From: Candidatus Latescibacterota bacterium
Lineage (GTDB): Bacteria; Latescibacterota; UBA2968; GCA-2709665
Reading direction: 5' to 3'
Assembly (NCBI GenBank): GCA_965237675.1
Contig: OZ250150.1
Coordinates: 2,624,001 to 2,688,000 of the forward strand
Length of the DNA stretch: 64,000 bases
A program made the translations under genes and the position numbers. Positions within the stretch are counted from its first letter, which is position 1. Each line of letters opens with the position of its first letter. Positions 47,794 to 57,924 of this stretch are shown piece by piece. The notes beneath the pieces are model-generated. The model worked only from the letters and a program-made list of their open reading frames with translations, made no database searches and was not told where the DNA came from.

Positions 47794-48792
47794 ATGAACC
47801 GGTTTGGGAGTGCAGTCCGAGACATTGGCGCAATCGTCATTCTTCTGCTGGGCATGTCGGGGTGTGAAGCCCCGGACAAAGAGGCGGAGACATCTGTACC
47901 GGTGCGGCGTTTTCTGAGCGTGGGTACGGCCCCGCCCGGCGGCGCGTTTTTTGTGGTCGGTGGTGCGATCGCCCAGGTTGTGGACGATCACGGGGGCGAC
48001 CTGTCATGGGACGTGTCCGCGGAGGCGACCAAGGGGACGCAGGAGAATATCCACCGGCTCGTGCGCGGGGAACTGGATTTCGCGCTGGCCAATGCCGCGA
48101 TTTCATATTTTGCGGTGCGTGGCGCGGGAGCCTGGGGTGAAAAGCAGGGGATCAACGCCGTGATGACGCTTGCCCCCAACGTTGCGCTCTTCATTACCCA
48201 GAAGAGTTCGGGGATCCGGGCCATCAGCGATCTCAAGGGCAATCGGGTCGTCGTCGGTCCGGCCGGCGCAGGGTTCGAGTACTTCCTCGCGCCGATTCTG
48301 GAGGCACACGGTGTGACCTACGATGATTTCAGACCGCTGCACAATACACAGGCCGGGGCCGTGGACATGCTTGCGGACGGATCCGCAGCCGCCGCGTTTC
48401 TGGGCGGCGCCGTGCCGACCGCCTCCATAACGCAGGCGAGCGCTTCCCAGGAACTTAAATTCATACCCTTCGCGGTCTCCGCAAAGGAGCGTCTGTTTCA
48501 GGACTATCCTTTCTTTAACGCCGCAATGATCCCGGCGGACACCTATCGCGGCCAGACCGACGTATTTGAAGGGTTGAACGTCGGTTCGATGCATCTGGTG
48601 ACGCGGGCCAGCCTCGACGAAGAGACAGTTTACCGGTTTACCAGGATCCTTTACGAGCACCGCGCGGATGTGGTTAAGAAACATCCCGCGGGAAAAGCCA
48701 TCCATCCCGGGAATGTGATTCGGGACACGGGCACACCCTTCCATCCCGGGGCAATCAGGTACTACAGGGAAATCGGGATCTGGCCCAACTGA
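47794..48792 (+). CDS. TAXI family TRAP solute-binding lipoprotein
   Basis: Lipobox-like MSGC, SVGTAPPGGAFF, TKGTQEN, VGPAGAG, PFHPGAIRYYRE. Confidence 0.9.
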   Translation: MNRFGSAVRDIGAIVILLLGMSGCEAPDKEAETSVPVRRFLSVGTAPPGGAFFVVGGAIAQVVDDHGGDLSWDVSAEATKGTQENIHRLVRGELDFALANAAISYFAVRGAGAWGEKQGINAVMTLAPNVALFITQKSSGIRAISDLKGNRVVVGPAGAGFEYFLAPILEAHGVTYDDFRPLHNTQAGAVDMLADGSAAAAFLGGAVPTASITQASASQELKFIPFAVSAKERLFQDYPFFNAAMIPADTYRGQTDVFEGLNVGSMHLVTRASLDEETVYRFTRILYEHRADVVKKHPAGKAIHPGNVIRDTGTPFHPGAIRYYREIGIWPN

Positions 48793-48793
48793 T

Positions 48794-50728
48794 ATGCCCG
48801 AATCATGGCTTTTCCGCGTCCTGGCGACCCTGCTGAGTCTTTTTGTCCTGGCCGAGGTCAACTATCCACGACTGACACCCCAGGCCCAACTGGCTGTTTT
48901 TGCCATGCTGGGCCTGAGTTTTATCTTTCTCAAGCACCCGATCCGTACTCATGCCGCAGGCGGAAATTCCCTCAGACCTCTGGATTTTCTCTTCGTCGCG
49001 GCTGTTTTTTTGTGTTTCGGCTACGTGCTGGTTCAGACCGAACCGGTCTTCAGGGACTACTGGTTGGGTGGCCTGAGCTTGGGCAACCGCGCCGGTCTGG
49101 AACAACCGCTGGATTGGAAGGTCGGATTGATCGGCCTCTTTCTCGTCCTGGAAGCGACCCGGCGGGTGATCGGCCCGACCCTGCCCCTGCTCTCCCTCGC
49201 CTTCCTGGCCTATGCCGCCTTCGGACACGCCATGCCGGACTGGTTTTTCCCACACAGGGGATATGGCTGGGAGCGTATCGTCTCACAGGCTTTTCTGCAT
49301 TCACAGGGTGTCTTCGGCATCGCCCTTAAAGTGATGTTCACCTATGTGTTTCTCTTTGTTCTGTTCGGCACGACGCTCGACGGGACCGGCGCGACCGGCT
49401 ACGTGCTGGATGCCGCGCGCCGGTTTTTTCGGAAGCGCGCCGGGGGCGCCGCGAAAGTCGCCGTCGTCTCTTCAGGGATGATGGGTTCGCTTTCCGGAAG
49501 TGCGGTCGCAAACACGGCCACGACGGGCACGTTCACAATCCCGATGATGCGCTCGGCCGGATTCCGGCCGGCTGTAGCGGGGGGAATTGAGGCAGCGGCC
49601 AGTTCGGGCGGGGCGCTGGTGCCTCCAATTATGGGCGCCGGCGCCTATATGATGCTGGAGATGGTGGAGCCGGCGGTCACCTATCTGGAGATTATCAAAG
49701 CCGCGCTCATCCCGGCGGTGCTCTACTATATCGCGCTCCTGCTCACCGTGCACTTCTATGCACGGCGGCTCGGTGTGTCCGCACCGGAAGAAAAAAAGCC
49801 CTTGAATCGTCCGTCGGGCGTACAGGGCCTCATCTTCCTGGTTGCTTTCGTGAGTCTGATCCTGCTGATCGTTCTCGGGTATACGCCCTTCCGGGCGGTC
49901 AGCATCGCACTGGTCTGCGTGCTTCTTGCGGCCGCTTTCAGTCCGTCGACGCGCCTGGGTCTTCGTGCATTGTTACGCGCAGTGGAAAGCGCGGCTCAGG
50001 GCGGCGCCCCTCTGATTGCGGCTGCATCCTGTGTGGGCATCATTGTAGGGGTCGTTACGCTTACAGGTATCGGCACGAAGCTTCCGGGCGCCATATTGCC
50101 GCTCGCGCAGGACAATCTTATCCTGGCGCTGATTCTGTTGATGGTTTCGACGATTATTCTGGGGATGGGCCTGCCCTCGGCCGTATGCTATCTTCTGATG
50201 GCCACCCTCGTCGGTCCTGTTCTGGGTGGGCTGGGAACGACACCTCTGGCGGCCCATTTGTTCATATTCTATTTCGGCATGATGTCGATGGTGACGCCTC
50301 CCGTTGCTCTTGCCGCCTACACCGCCGCCGCGATCGCAAAGGCGGATATCATGCGGACGGGATTTGCGGCATTCCGTTTCGCCCTCGTGGGCTTCGCCCT
50401 TCCCTACGCCTTTGTTCTGCATCCCGAGTTGCTTCTGGTTTCGCCCGATCTTCCGTCCACGTTGATCAACGTTCTTATTGTCTTTCTGGGGATTTTCCCC
50501 CTGGCGGCCTCCATCTCCGGCTATGGCTTCGCCCCGCTCAATGCGTGGCAACGCGCTGCCCTGTTAGTTGCGGCTCTCGTCCTCTTTCTCACCCCTTCCG
50601 GAAGTATGCGGGTCTGGGTTCAGGGATCCGCCCTGCTGGCTACCGGGATCATCGCCTTTCTGAACCGGCGGTCCGCCACGGATTCGGTTCGCAGTCAGGA
50701 CGAGTGCGCTGATGCGCCCGACAGGTGA
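48794..50728 (+). CDS. TRAP transporter fused 4TM/12TM permease
   Basis: LEATRR, GGAAKVAV, SGSAVAN, EAAASSGG..VPPIMGAGA, LGMGLP, TPPVALAA. Confidence 0.92.
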   Translation: MPESWLFRVLATLLSLFVLAEVNYPRLTPQAQLAVFAMLGLSFIFLKHPIRTHAAGGNSLRPLDFLFVAAVFLCFGYVLVQTEPVFRDYWLGGLSLGNRAGLEQPLDWKVGLIGLFLVLEATRRVIGPTLPLLSLAFLAYAAFGHAMPDWFFPHRGYGWERIVSQAFLHSQGVFGIALKVMFTYVFLFVLFGTTLDGTGATGYVLDAARRFFRKRAGGAAKVAVVSSGMMGSLSGSAVANTATTGTFTIPMMRSAGFRPAVAGGIEAAASSGGALVPPIMGAGAYMMLEMVEPAVTYLEIIKAALIPAVLYYIALLLTVHFYARRLGVSAPEEKKPLNRPSGVQGLIFLVAFVSLILLIVLGYTPFRAVSIALVCVLLAAAFSPSTRLGLRALLRAVESAAQGGAPLIAAASCVGIIVGVVTLTGIGTKLPGAILPLAQDNLILALILLMVSTIILGMGLPSAVCYLLMATLVGPVLGGLGTTPLAAHLFIFYFGMMSMVTPPVALAAYTAAAIAKADIMRTGFAAFRFALVGFALPYAFVLHPELLLVSPDLPSTLINVLIVFLGIFPLAASISGYGFAPLNAWQRAALLVAALVLFLTPSGSMRVWVQGSALLATGIIAFLNRRSATDSVRSQDECADAPDR

Positions 50729-51214
50729 GTGATAACCGGCAGCCGTCATCGCTCGCAGGACGTCGTCCGCCCCCCGTGGCGACAAAGTCCCATCCAGCAC
50801 ACAGGCCTTCAGGATTCCGACGGTTCCCGTAAAAACGACACCTCTATCGAAACAACAACTCCTGGCGGCCCTGTCGTCCGTGGCAACAATACCACCGCGG
50901 GTTTGTGCGAAGGTTATACACGAGGCTTCGCCGGGGGAGAGGGTCTGCAAGAGTTCCCGGTAGGTATCGCGCTCTTCCGGAGAGAAGCGTTCGACACCGC
51001 TCAATCTCCCGGACGTGACAGCGGTTTCGACCTCACGCAAGCCGGAGTAGCCGGCGACAATGCCATCGGCGATCTCGTCCAGCACCTGCGGCGTGATGTT
51101 TGCCCGTCGACCGTAACGGGCAATGAGCAGGTCCAGGCAGCCGGAAAGGACGAAATTGCTCAGGGTAACCGTATCGAAAAAGAATCGCCGGGCAGGTTCA
51201 GGCACGCGCGGCAT
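50564..51214 (-). CDS. PIN-domain toxin (DUF3368-like) with read-through C-terminal tail
   Basis: FDTVTLSNF, V..E, LSPGEASCI, ATDDRAAR, TGTVGIL; overlaps the TRAP permease by 165 bp. Confidence 0.8.
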   Translation of the reverse strand: MPRVPEPARRFFFDTVTLSNFVLSGCLDLLIARYGRRANITPQVLDEIADGIVAGYSGLREVETAVTSGRLSGVERFSPEERDTYRELLQTLSPGEASCITFAQTRGGIVATDDRAARSCCFDRGVVFTGTVGILKACVLDGTLSPRGADDVLRAMTAAGYHSPVGRISALVLTANRIRGGPPVQKGDDPGSQQGGSLNPDPHTSGRGEKEDESRN

Positions 51215-51518
51215 CCTCGTCGCCGTACACGTTGCGCTGGGGGATGCCCTGCTCTACAAGCCACGACCTCAGGTGCAAGACGTGCATTCCCATCTCCCTG
51301 GCCAGCTTTCCAAGGCTGATAAACCCACCCTGGTAGGCGGCAAGCGCCTGACTTTGGCGAAGCGGCAACTCGGCGAATTCAACCTGGTAACAGGCGGAAA
51401 TCGCTTCCCGCACGAGCTGTCCCTTGCTTTTTCGGCGGATGTCCGACAGTCTTTTCAGCTTCAGGTCCGTCTCGCTGTCGATCTTGATATGCAGGGTCCT
51501 GTCATGTGCCATATACAC
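51198..51518 (-). CDS. Antitoxin: RHH plus UPF0175-like domain
   Basis: RTLHIKID...LKRLS...SKGQLVREAI, then ALAAYQGGFISLGKLAREMGM. Confidence 0.75.
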   Translation of the reverse strand: MYMAHDRTLHIKIDSETDLKLKRLSDIRRKSKGQLVREAISACYQVEFAELPLRQSQALAAYQGGFISLGKLAREMGMHVLHLRSWLVEQGIPQRNVYGDEDAARA

Positions 51519-51688
51519 CTCCTGAATTGGTGTCTAGTTCTTGTATTAATATACAACTTCTTATACAAGATATCAAGATCGGGTACAATCACATGTACGG
51601 GCACATAGGTTGATACTTTTTTTGAGTGATCCGCCGGAGGCAGGGAATTTGAGGGGAAACGGTAGATGACGGGTAATTCTCCTAGACC

Positions 51689-51968
51689 GTGAGGTCATTT
51701 TCCTCACTTCTTCTTGTTTTTTCTATTTTTACGCCCTTTTTCTTTCTCGCCAAAGAAAAAGGGCCAAAAAGAACGGCGCCGCACGGCGCGGAGCCGGTTT
51801 TTCCGCGAATCGCCTCAGTGGCAGTTACCTGGTTTGGTGGCCTGCTGAAATCGTAGGTATTCATAAACCGTGTTGCTGAACGGAATAGCGCGGAAAAACC
51901 CCCCGCACCACAACCGGGCGGGCGTGAGGAAGGTCGCGAATGACCGCTACGTGGATTTGCGCTCGGAC
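51689..51968 (-). repeat. Dispersed structured repeat, copy 2
   Basis: Reverse complement aligns to 20499-20737 (AATCCACG.AGCG, GGGGGGTTTTTCCGCG.TATTCCGTTCAGC, TTCG.GGAAAAACCGGC, GGCGCCGTTCTTTTTGG, ATGACCT). Confidence 0.85.
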
Positions 51969-52005
51969 GCCTCTTGTTGGTTGCTGTTGTTGTGTTTTGC
52001 TACAC

Positions 52006-52075
52006 CTGGGAACGAGGGCTTCCAGCCCTCGTAGCGCCGCCGTTGCATTTGTAGGGGCAACCCTTGTGGTTGCCC
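52006..52075 (+). repeat. Two REP-like palindromes (CTGG-type and GTAG-type)
   Basis: ACGAGGGCT-TCC-AGCCCTCGT at 52012-52032; GTAG-GGGCAACC-CTTGT-GGTTGCCC at 52051-52075. Confidence 0.7.
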
Positions 52076-52264
52076 GGCCAATGGCGCAGGACATCGCTAG
52101 CTGACTTCGCGTGTCCGTATCGCCAGTGCGTGTTCGGGATGACACCCCGATTCCGGATTCAACCTACCAGAAATCCAAAGACAATTCGACCGGGGAAACG
52201 CGGACGCGGGCGCCAGGTTTGGGGAGACGTGGAATTGGATTCTGGTTTTCGCCTCTTGTTTCAA

Positions 52265-52312
52265 GCTGAGAGCTGACCGCTGATAGCTGTTTTGCCTGAC
52301 CGCTGATAGCTG
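52265..52312 (-). repeat. GCTGANN/TCAGC heptamer tandem tract
   Basis: gctgaga gctgacc gctgata gctgt...ctgacc gctgata gctg. Confidence 0.7.
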
Positions 52313-52366
52313 GGTCGCGCTGTGGTCCTCTTCCGTCTTCGGACTTGCTTCTTGCGTTGGGAAAAA

Positions 52367-53932
52367 CTACGGCGAGACGCCTCTTTTGTCGGTGGGGCCG
52401 AGCAGGTTACGGAGGCGGTTGCGGGAGAGGGCGATGAAGTTGCACAGAAAGGGGCGGGTTTCCCGCGGATCGATGATTTCTTCGACGGCAAAGGCTTCCG
52501 CAGAGCGGAATGGAGACGTGAACTGTCTGAGTTCCTCCTCCAGTTCCTTCTCGCGAGCCGCCGGATTCTCGGCGTTCGCAATATCCCGCCGGTAAGCGGC
52601 GGCGACACCGCCTTCGATGGGCAGGGAGCCCCACTCTCCGGAAGGCCAGGCAAACTTGAAGTCCAGACCGTCTTTGTCGCACGTGGCCATTCCCGCCATG
52701 CCGTAACACTTCCTGATGACCAGCGTGATGATGGGCACCCGGACCCGATGAATCGCGAAGACCGTCTTCATCCCTTCGCGCAGGGTGGCTTCCTGCTCGG
52801 CGGCGGTGCCGATCATGAACCCCGGGATGTCTACGAAGAAGATCAGCGGGATGTGGAAGCAGTCGCACAGTTCGATGAAATGGGTCTGTTTGCGGGCTTC
52901 TCTGGCGCCCATCGCGCCCCCGGAGACCATGGGGTTGTTGGCGATAATGCCCACCGGATGGCCGTTGAGCCGCGCGAGGCAGGTGATGAGCGCGCGTCCG
53001 AACGTCGGTTGGATTTCGAAGATGGAGCCCTGGTCCACAACCAGTTCCAGCAGGCGGTGCATCGGGTAGGGGGAGGTGCGTTCCCGCGGGACGATGGATA
53101 GCAGCTCCTCTTCACACCGGTCAACCGGGTCGTCGCTGGCCTCGGAGGGGGGCAGTTCCCACACGTTCTGAGGCATGTAGGAAAGGAAACGCCGCACCAT
53201 GTAAAAGCACTCTCGTTCGGTGTCCACCGCGTTGTCGACCGTGCCGGCCATATCCACCGCAATGTCCGGTCCGCCCAGGTCTTCCTTTGAAACCTCTTCT
53301 CCAAGGGCCCGTCTGACGAGGGGCGGTCCGCCAGAGAAAATCTGGCTTGTACGGCGCACCATAACGGACCAGTGGGAGAGGATGGTGCGGCCGGCGGGTC
53401 CGCCGGCCGCTGTGCCGAGTACGGCGGATATGACGGGGACTTCGCCGAGGAGTTGAACGGAGCGGCCGAAGCTGTTGACCCCGGGGAAGACCGTATAACC
53501 TCGTTTTTCCGCTCCTCGCACCGATCCACCCGCCCCGTCCGCGAGGTTGATGAGCGGGATGAGATATTTCGAGGCCAGGTCTTCTATAAAGCCGCCCTGC
53601 CCACCCTTTCGCCGGTGCGTGCCGGGGCTGCTGCCGCCCCGAACGGTGAAATCCTCGCCGCCGATGGCCACGGGTCTTCCGTTGATGCGGGCGACACCCA
53701 TAACGTAAGGGGCGGGCTGGACGCCGATGACGTTGCCGGCGTCGTCGTACTCGCCCCTGCCTGTGAGACTGCCGACTTCCGCGAACGAGCCCCTGTCCAC
53801 CAGGGCATCGATGCGTTCGCGAATTGTGAGCCTGCCCTGTCCGTGCTGGCGTTCGACGTTCTCAGACCCGCCCATTTCTTTGGACCAGGACCGACGCGCC
53901 TCGAGTTCATCTGCCTCTTCCTGCCAGCTCAT
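52367..53932 (-). CDS. Acyl-CoA carboxylase carboxyltransferase (beta) subunit
   Basis: QHGQGRLTIRERI, DFTVRGGS, GGP.LV...GE, DLGG, FVDIPGFMIG, IRKCYG, IIDPRETR; start MSWQEE. Confidence 0.9.
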   Translation of the reverse strand: MSWQEEADELEARRSWSKEMGGSENVERQHGQGRLTIRERIDALVDRGSFAEVGSLTGRGEYDDAGNVIGVQPAPYVMGVARINGRPVAIGGEDFTVRGGSSPGTHRRKGGQGGFIEDLASKYLIPLINLADGAGGSVRGAEKRGYTVFPGVNSFGRSVQLLGEVPVISAVLGTAAGGPAGRTILSHWSVMVRRTSQIFSGGPPLVRRALGEEVSKEDLGGPDIAVDMAGTVDNAVDTERECFYMVRRFLSYMPQNVWELPPSEASDDPVDRCEEELLSIVPRERTSPYPMHRLLELVVDQGSIFEIQPTFGRALITCLARLNGHPVGIIANNPMVSGGAMGAREARKQTHFIELCDCFHIPLIFFVDIPGFMIGTAAEQEATLREGMKTVFAIHRVRVPIITLVIRKCYGMAGMATCDKDGLDFKFAWPSGEWGSLPIEGGVAAAYRRDIANAENPAAREKELEEELRQFTSPFRSAEAFAVEEIIDPRETRPFLCNFIALSRNRLRNLLGPTDKRGVSP

Positions 53933-53996
53933 TCGGACCTCCTGTACGACGGGCGGTGCTTCGCCCAGGGCATCGGATTCCCGCGTCGTTCCATGG

Positions 53997-55226
53997 CTAC
54001 GTACCAGACTGGCCCGGCGCGGTGTAAATGGCTCGTTGCCGGGCCAGCGCTTCAATTTCTCCGGTTTCGAACCCCGCCACTCGCATCAGTACGTCCCGGG
54101 TGTCAACGCCCACTTCCCTCCCGGCCCAACGCACGGCCCCCGGTGTTTCCGAGAGACGGGGGACGACACCCGGCAGGGTCACTGTACCCAGGACGTCATC
54201 CGGCTGTTCGATCAGCATGTCACGCGCCCGGTAGTGTTCATCGGCAAAGATGTCCCGCAGCGTAAAGATACGTGCCGCGGGCACATCGAAGGCTTCGAGC
54301 TTCCCCTCGAGAATCGAAAGCGGATTCGCCGACGTCCAGTCGGCGATGATATCGTCGATTTCGTCTTCGTGCCGGGAGCGTGCGGCTGGTGTCTTAAAGC
54401 GTTCATCGGCAGCAAGATGCGGGGCGCCCATACAGGCCGCCAGGCGCACGAAGGTGGCGTTGTTGCCGGCAGTGATGTGGATGAAATCACCCCCGGCAGT
54501 GGGGTAAAGGTTGTTGGGCGTGCTGTCCGGCAACCGGGATCCGGTACGGGTGGGGACAGACCCCAGCGCGGCGAATGCCGGAATATGGGGCTCCATAAAG
54601 CTGAACGCCCCCTCGTACAGGGCCGCGTCGACAACCTGCCCTTTGCCGGTTCGGGTTCGGGAGAAAAGCGCCATTACGGCGCCGAAGGCGGCGTACAGCC
54701 CCGTGATGCAGTCCGTCAGGGAGATGCTTACGCGGCTCGGCGGGCGGTCCGGTTCGCCCGTGACTTCCCGGAGGCCGCCAACGGCCTCGCTGGTGACGCC
54801 GTAGCCGGGGCGATGCCGGTAGGGGCCGGTCTGCCCGTACCCGCTGATACGGACGAGGATGATGTCCGGCCGGATCCTGGAGAGGGCGTCGAAGCCCAGA
54901 TTCCATTCTTCGAGTCTTCCCGGCCGGAAATTCTCCACAACCACGTCGGAGGTTTGCGCCAGTCTCCTGATGACGTCCTGTCCCGCGGGTGATCTCAGGT
55001 CCACCGAGATGAGGTGTTTATTGCGCAGGATGCTGGCCGCATAGAGTGAACGGCCCCGGCTGCGTTTGCCCATCTGGCGTACGGGATCTCCGGACGGCGG
55101 CTCCACTTTGATGACTTCCGCGCCAAAATCCGCCAGCAGACGACCGCAGAACGGACCGGAAACGGTGCTGCCCATTTCCAGTACGCGACATCCGGCGAGG
55201 GGTCCGGCGTTGGTGGATGGCGCCAT
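53997..55226 (-). CDS. CaiB/BaiF family III CoA-transferase
   Basis: PLAGCRVLE, GPFCGRLLADFGAEVIKVE, RNK, VENFRPG, ISGYGQTGP. Confidence 0.92.
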   Translation of the reverse strand: MAPSTNAGPLAGCRVLEMGSTVSGPFCGRLLADFGAEVIKVEPPSGDPVRQMGKRSRGRSLYAASILRNKHLISVDLRSPAGQDVIRRLAQTSDVVVENFRPGRLEEWNLGFDALSRIRPDIILVRISGYGQTGPYRHRPGYGVTSEAVGGLREVTGEPDRPPSRVSISLTDCITGLYAAFGAVMALFSRTRTGKGQVVDAALYEGAFSFMEPHIPAFAALGSVPTRTGSRLPDSTPNNLYPTAGGDFIHITAGNNATFVRLAACMGAPHLAADERFKTPAARSRHEDEIDDIIADWTSANPLSILEGKLEAFDVPAARIFTLRDIFADEHYRARDMLIEQPDDVLGTVTLPGVVPRLSETPGAVRWAGREVGVDTRDVLMRVAGFETGEIEALARQRAIYTAPGQSGT

Positions 55227-55227
55227 T

Positions 55228-56328
55228 TTACTGTACGGTCGGGGATGGTATTTTGACACAGACGGCGCCCGGGACTTCGACGGGGCTTCCGACAGGCGCA
55301 AGGGCGCCGGTGTCCGGGTTGATCAGGAAGCAGGTGACGCCGTTGCCCCGTTGGTTGGCGGCGAGGAGGTACTCACCCGTGGGGTCGAATTCCAGGTTCC
55401 AGGGCCACGCGCCGCGTGATGGCGTATGGCCGAATGGCGTGAGTTCGCCCGTACCGCTGTCGATTGACATGACCGCGATGCTGTCGTGGCCCCGGTTGGA
55501 ACCGTAGAGAAAGCGGCCGGACGGATGGACCCGGATGTCGGCGCAGAAGTTCTCGCCTGTGTGATCATCGGGCAGGGCCGAGAGGGTCTGGCGTTCGGTG
55601 AGCGTTCCCGAACCGGCGCTATAGTCGTAGACCCCGATGGTGCTGTCGAGTTCGTTGATCACGTAGGCCCTGCTGCCGTCGGGATGGAAGTCGATGTGCC
55701 TGGGGCCGGCGCCCGCGCGTGCGGAGACGGAGACCTGCTCGCTGGGCGCGATGGCGGCTGCCGTCGCGTCGAGCCGGTAACTCATGACTTTATCGGTACC
55801 GAGGTCGGCGGCAAACGCGAATCGATGGTCGGGTGAGAGAACAATGGAATGAACGTGCGGGCCTTCCTGGCGTCCGGCGTCGACACTGGATCCTTCGTGC
55901 CGGACGATCTGGGATACCTCTTCGAGTCGGCCGTCCCCCTGGATCCTGAACGTACTTAAGCTTCCGGAGCCGTAGTTTCCCGAAAGCAGGCAGCGGCCGG
56001 TCCGGTCAACGCTGAGAAAACACGGCAGGCTTCCTCCGGCGTGCCGCTCATTGAGCATCGTAAGGTCGCCGGTTTCGGAGTCGATGGAAAATGCTTTGAT
56101 GCTGCCGCCCGGGTTGCCTTCGAATTCGTCCACGGCGCAGGCCGCATACAGGAAACGCGCCCCGGAGTCGGCGGCAAGGAAGAAGGGGTTGTGAACGTCC
56201 GGTACTTTTGACACGGCTTCGAGTTCGCCGGACGAGGTATCGAGTTTGAGGATGTGAAGGCCTTCGGTACGATCATCGGTATAGGTGCCAACGTAGACCG
56301 TGGCGTAAGCTCCGGAATGATCTGACAT
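55228..56328 (-). CDS. Lactonase, 7-bladed propeller (6-phosphogluconolactonase/YbhE family)
   Basis: YVGTYT, NP, NYGSGS, RQEGPHVH, DLGTD, GAGPRH, NELDST, SNRGHDSI. Confidence 0.92.
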   Translation of the reverse strand: MSDHSGAYATVYVGTYTDDRTEGLHILKLDTSSGELEAVSKVPDVHNPFFLAADSGARFLYAACAVDEFEGNPGGSIKAFSIDSETGDLTMLNERHAGGSLPCFLSVDRTGRCLLSGNYGSGSLSTFRIQGDGRLEEVSQIVRHEGSSVDAGRQEGPHVHSIVLSPDHRFAFAADLGTDKVMSYRLDATAAAIAPSEQVSVSARAGAGPRHIDFHPDGSRAYVINELDSTIGVYDYSAGSGTLTERQTLSALPDDHTGENFCADIRVHPSGRFLYGSNRGHDSIAVMSIDSGTGELTPFGHTPSRGAWPWNLEFDPTGEYLLAANQRGNGVTCFLINPDTGALAPVGSPVEVPGAVCVKIPSPTVQ

Positions 56329-56811
56329 TTGCGGGGCTCCTGTCCTGAAAATCGATGCTATGGAAAGGTCCGGCCCAAATGTCGACCGGAACGTATGCTG
56401 CGATCGTCGGCTTCCTTTTGATTAGACTGAAATATAGACGGAAAACGGACGAGATCAAAATATTTCTCACGACTCCACGTGCAGCGACTTGAAATCCGCC
56501 CGCGACCGACGTCAGCCTGGCCGACGCGTCGCCGTCGCGTTCAATGCACTTCTTGTATTTTCACCGCCGCCGTTTTATCTTTCCGGCGTCGGCCCGCCGG
56601 GCGATACAGCCGGGTTGCCGGCCGAACATGACGAAGACTCGGCCCTTGTCTGCGTCGCGGAATAGGTCGCAGAACCGGTCGTTCGGGATGGAAATCCGAT
56701 CTGTGCCCGCGGCAAGAAGGACATCTCCCAGTGGATGAAGGTGTTCGCCGCGATGGTCCAAGACGATGCGGCCAACAGAGTCACGGCCGAAATCAACCTG
56801 TGAGGACAACG

Positions 56812-57657
56812 ATGGATACGGCGCTTCTTCCCACGACGAATGCGGACGGTTTGCCGGTTGTACCGATGACCGGCGCGCAGAAGTACACCTTCGATCTGAA
56901 GGGTTGGATCTGTCTGCCCGATCTGTTCGACGAAGAGCAACTCGACCGGATCCGGCAGCATCAGATGGATTTTCTCTACCGCCGGGACGCGCTCCCGCCC
57001 GAGGAGCGCGACAACCACGGGGGGCCGTCGCAGGTGCTTCTGGATCCTCCCGCGGTGGTGGGAGTGCTCAATGAAATCCTCTCGCATCGCCCCCTGGCCA
57101 CCGAAGACTGTTACGGGTTCCGTTACGACCACACGTATACCAGCCATCGAAAGGCCGGGAACGACAATTTCGGGCCCCACGGGGGCGGCGCTTATTTTTC
57201 TTTCAGCGGGAATTCCCATATCTATCAGATGCTGCCGGGAAGGGTCCATTCCGGGTTGACCCGCGTGGTGTGGGAACTCAACGAGGTGGGGCCGGGAGAT
57301 GGGGGAACGATGTTTCTAACCGGCAGTCACAAGGCGGCCTTTCCGAGACCGGAAGAAATCAGCGGCCGCGAGAGTCCGCTTTGGGAGACCTATACCTGTC
57401 CACCGGGATCTGCTGTGATTTTCACGGAAGCCCTCTGCCACACGGGCACGCGCTGGACGAACGAGACCCGCGATCGGCTGACTCTTTTTACCTGTTACAA
57501 CACCGTCAACGCCAAGTGGGGGAAGGGGTGCCCGCCGGCGGAGGTGATCGCCGCGCTGCCGCCCAAACGCCAGACGCTGTTCCGGGGTGTCTGGCACGGG
57601 ATGACCGAGGTGCCGGGGATCAACAAGTACTACGATGAGGCCAACCGGGCGGTGTGA
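56812..57657 (+). CDS. Phytanoyl-CoA dioxygenase (PhyH)-family Fe(II)/2OG enzyme
   Basis: QKYTFDLKGW, PHGG, VWELNEV...DGGTMFLTGSHKA, PPGSAVIFTEALCHTG, R. Confidence 0.85.
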   Translation: MDTALLPTTNADGLPVVPMTGAQKYTFDLKGWICLPDLFDEEQLDRIRQHQMDFLYRRDALPPEERDNHGGPSQVLLDPPAVVGVLNEILSHRPLATEDCYGFRYDHTYTSHRKAGNDNFGPHGGGAYFSFSGNSHIYQMLPGRVHSGLTRVVWELNEVGPGDGGTMFLTGSHKAAFPRPEEISGRESPLWETYTCPPGSAVIFTEALCHTGTRWTNETRDRLTLFTCYNTVNAKWGKGCPPAEVIAALPPKRQTLFRGVWHGMTEVPGINKYYDEANRAV

Positions 57658-57661
57658 ACCG

Positions 57662-57780
57662 GCTATTCCGTTCAGCGCCGTTGCACGAAGCGTGCTTACG
57701 CGTACGCAGGGCAGATGTGTATGTAACCGCCGCTGGAGTCATTCGCGGAAAAACCGGCCCCGCGCCGAGCGGCGCCCTTC
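57662..57780 (+). repeat. Dispersed structured repeat, copy 3 (5'-truncated)
   Basis: GCTATTCCGTTCAGC + 64 nt + ATTCGCGGAAAAACCGGCCCCGCGCCGAGCGGCGCC. Confidence 0.8.
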
Positions 57781-57782
57781 GT

Positions 57783-57924
57783 GAAAAGGCGGGAAGACGT
57801 GAAACGGTAGACGGTAGAAGAAATCCTTGCCCGATCTGCTCTTCCGCTATGCCTCTGGCCTGAACTGAAACCTCACAGGGCAGGCAATCTCTCCCGTCTT
57901 GCGTCTTCCGTCTCCCGGCCTTTC
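57783..57924. repeat. MITE-like unit with inverted heptamer-repeat termini
   Basis: Left end gaaaaggcgggaagacgtgaaacggtagacggtaga; right end tctcccgtcttgcgtcttccgtctcccggcctttc (imperfect inverted). Confidence 0.55.

Noticed and set aside
56561-56809. 82-aa minus-strand ORF between the lactonase and PhyH genes
   Set aside because: No clear RBS or recognisable family; left uncalled
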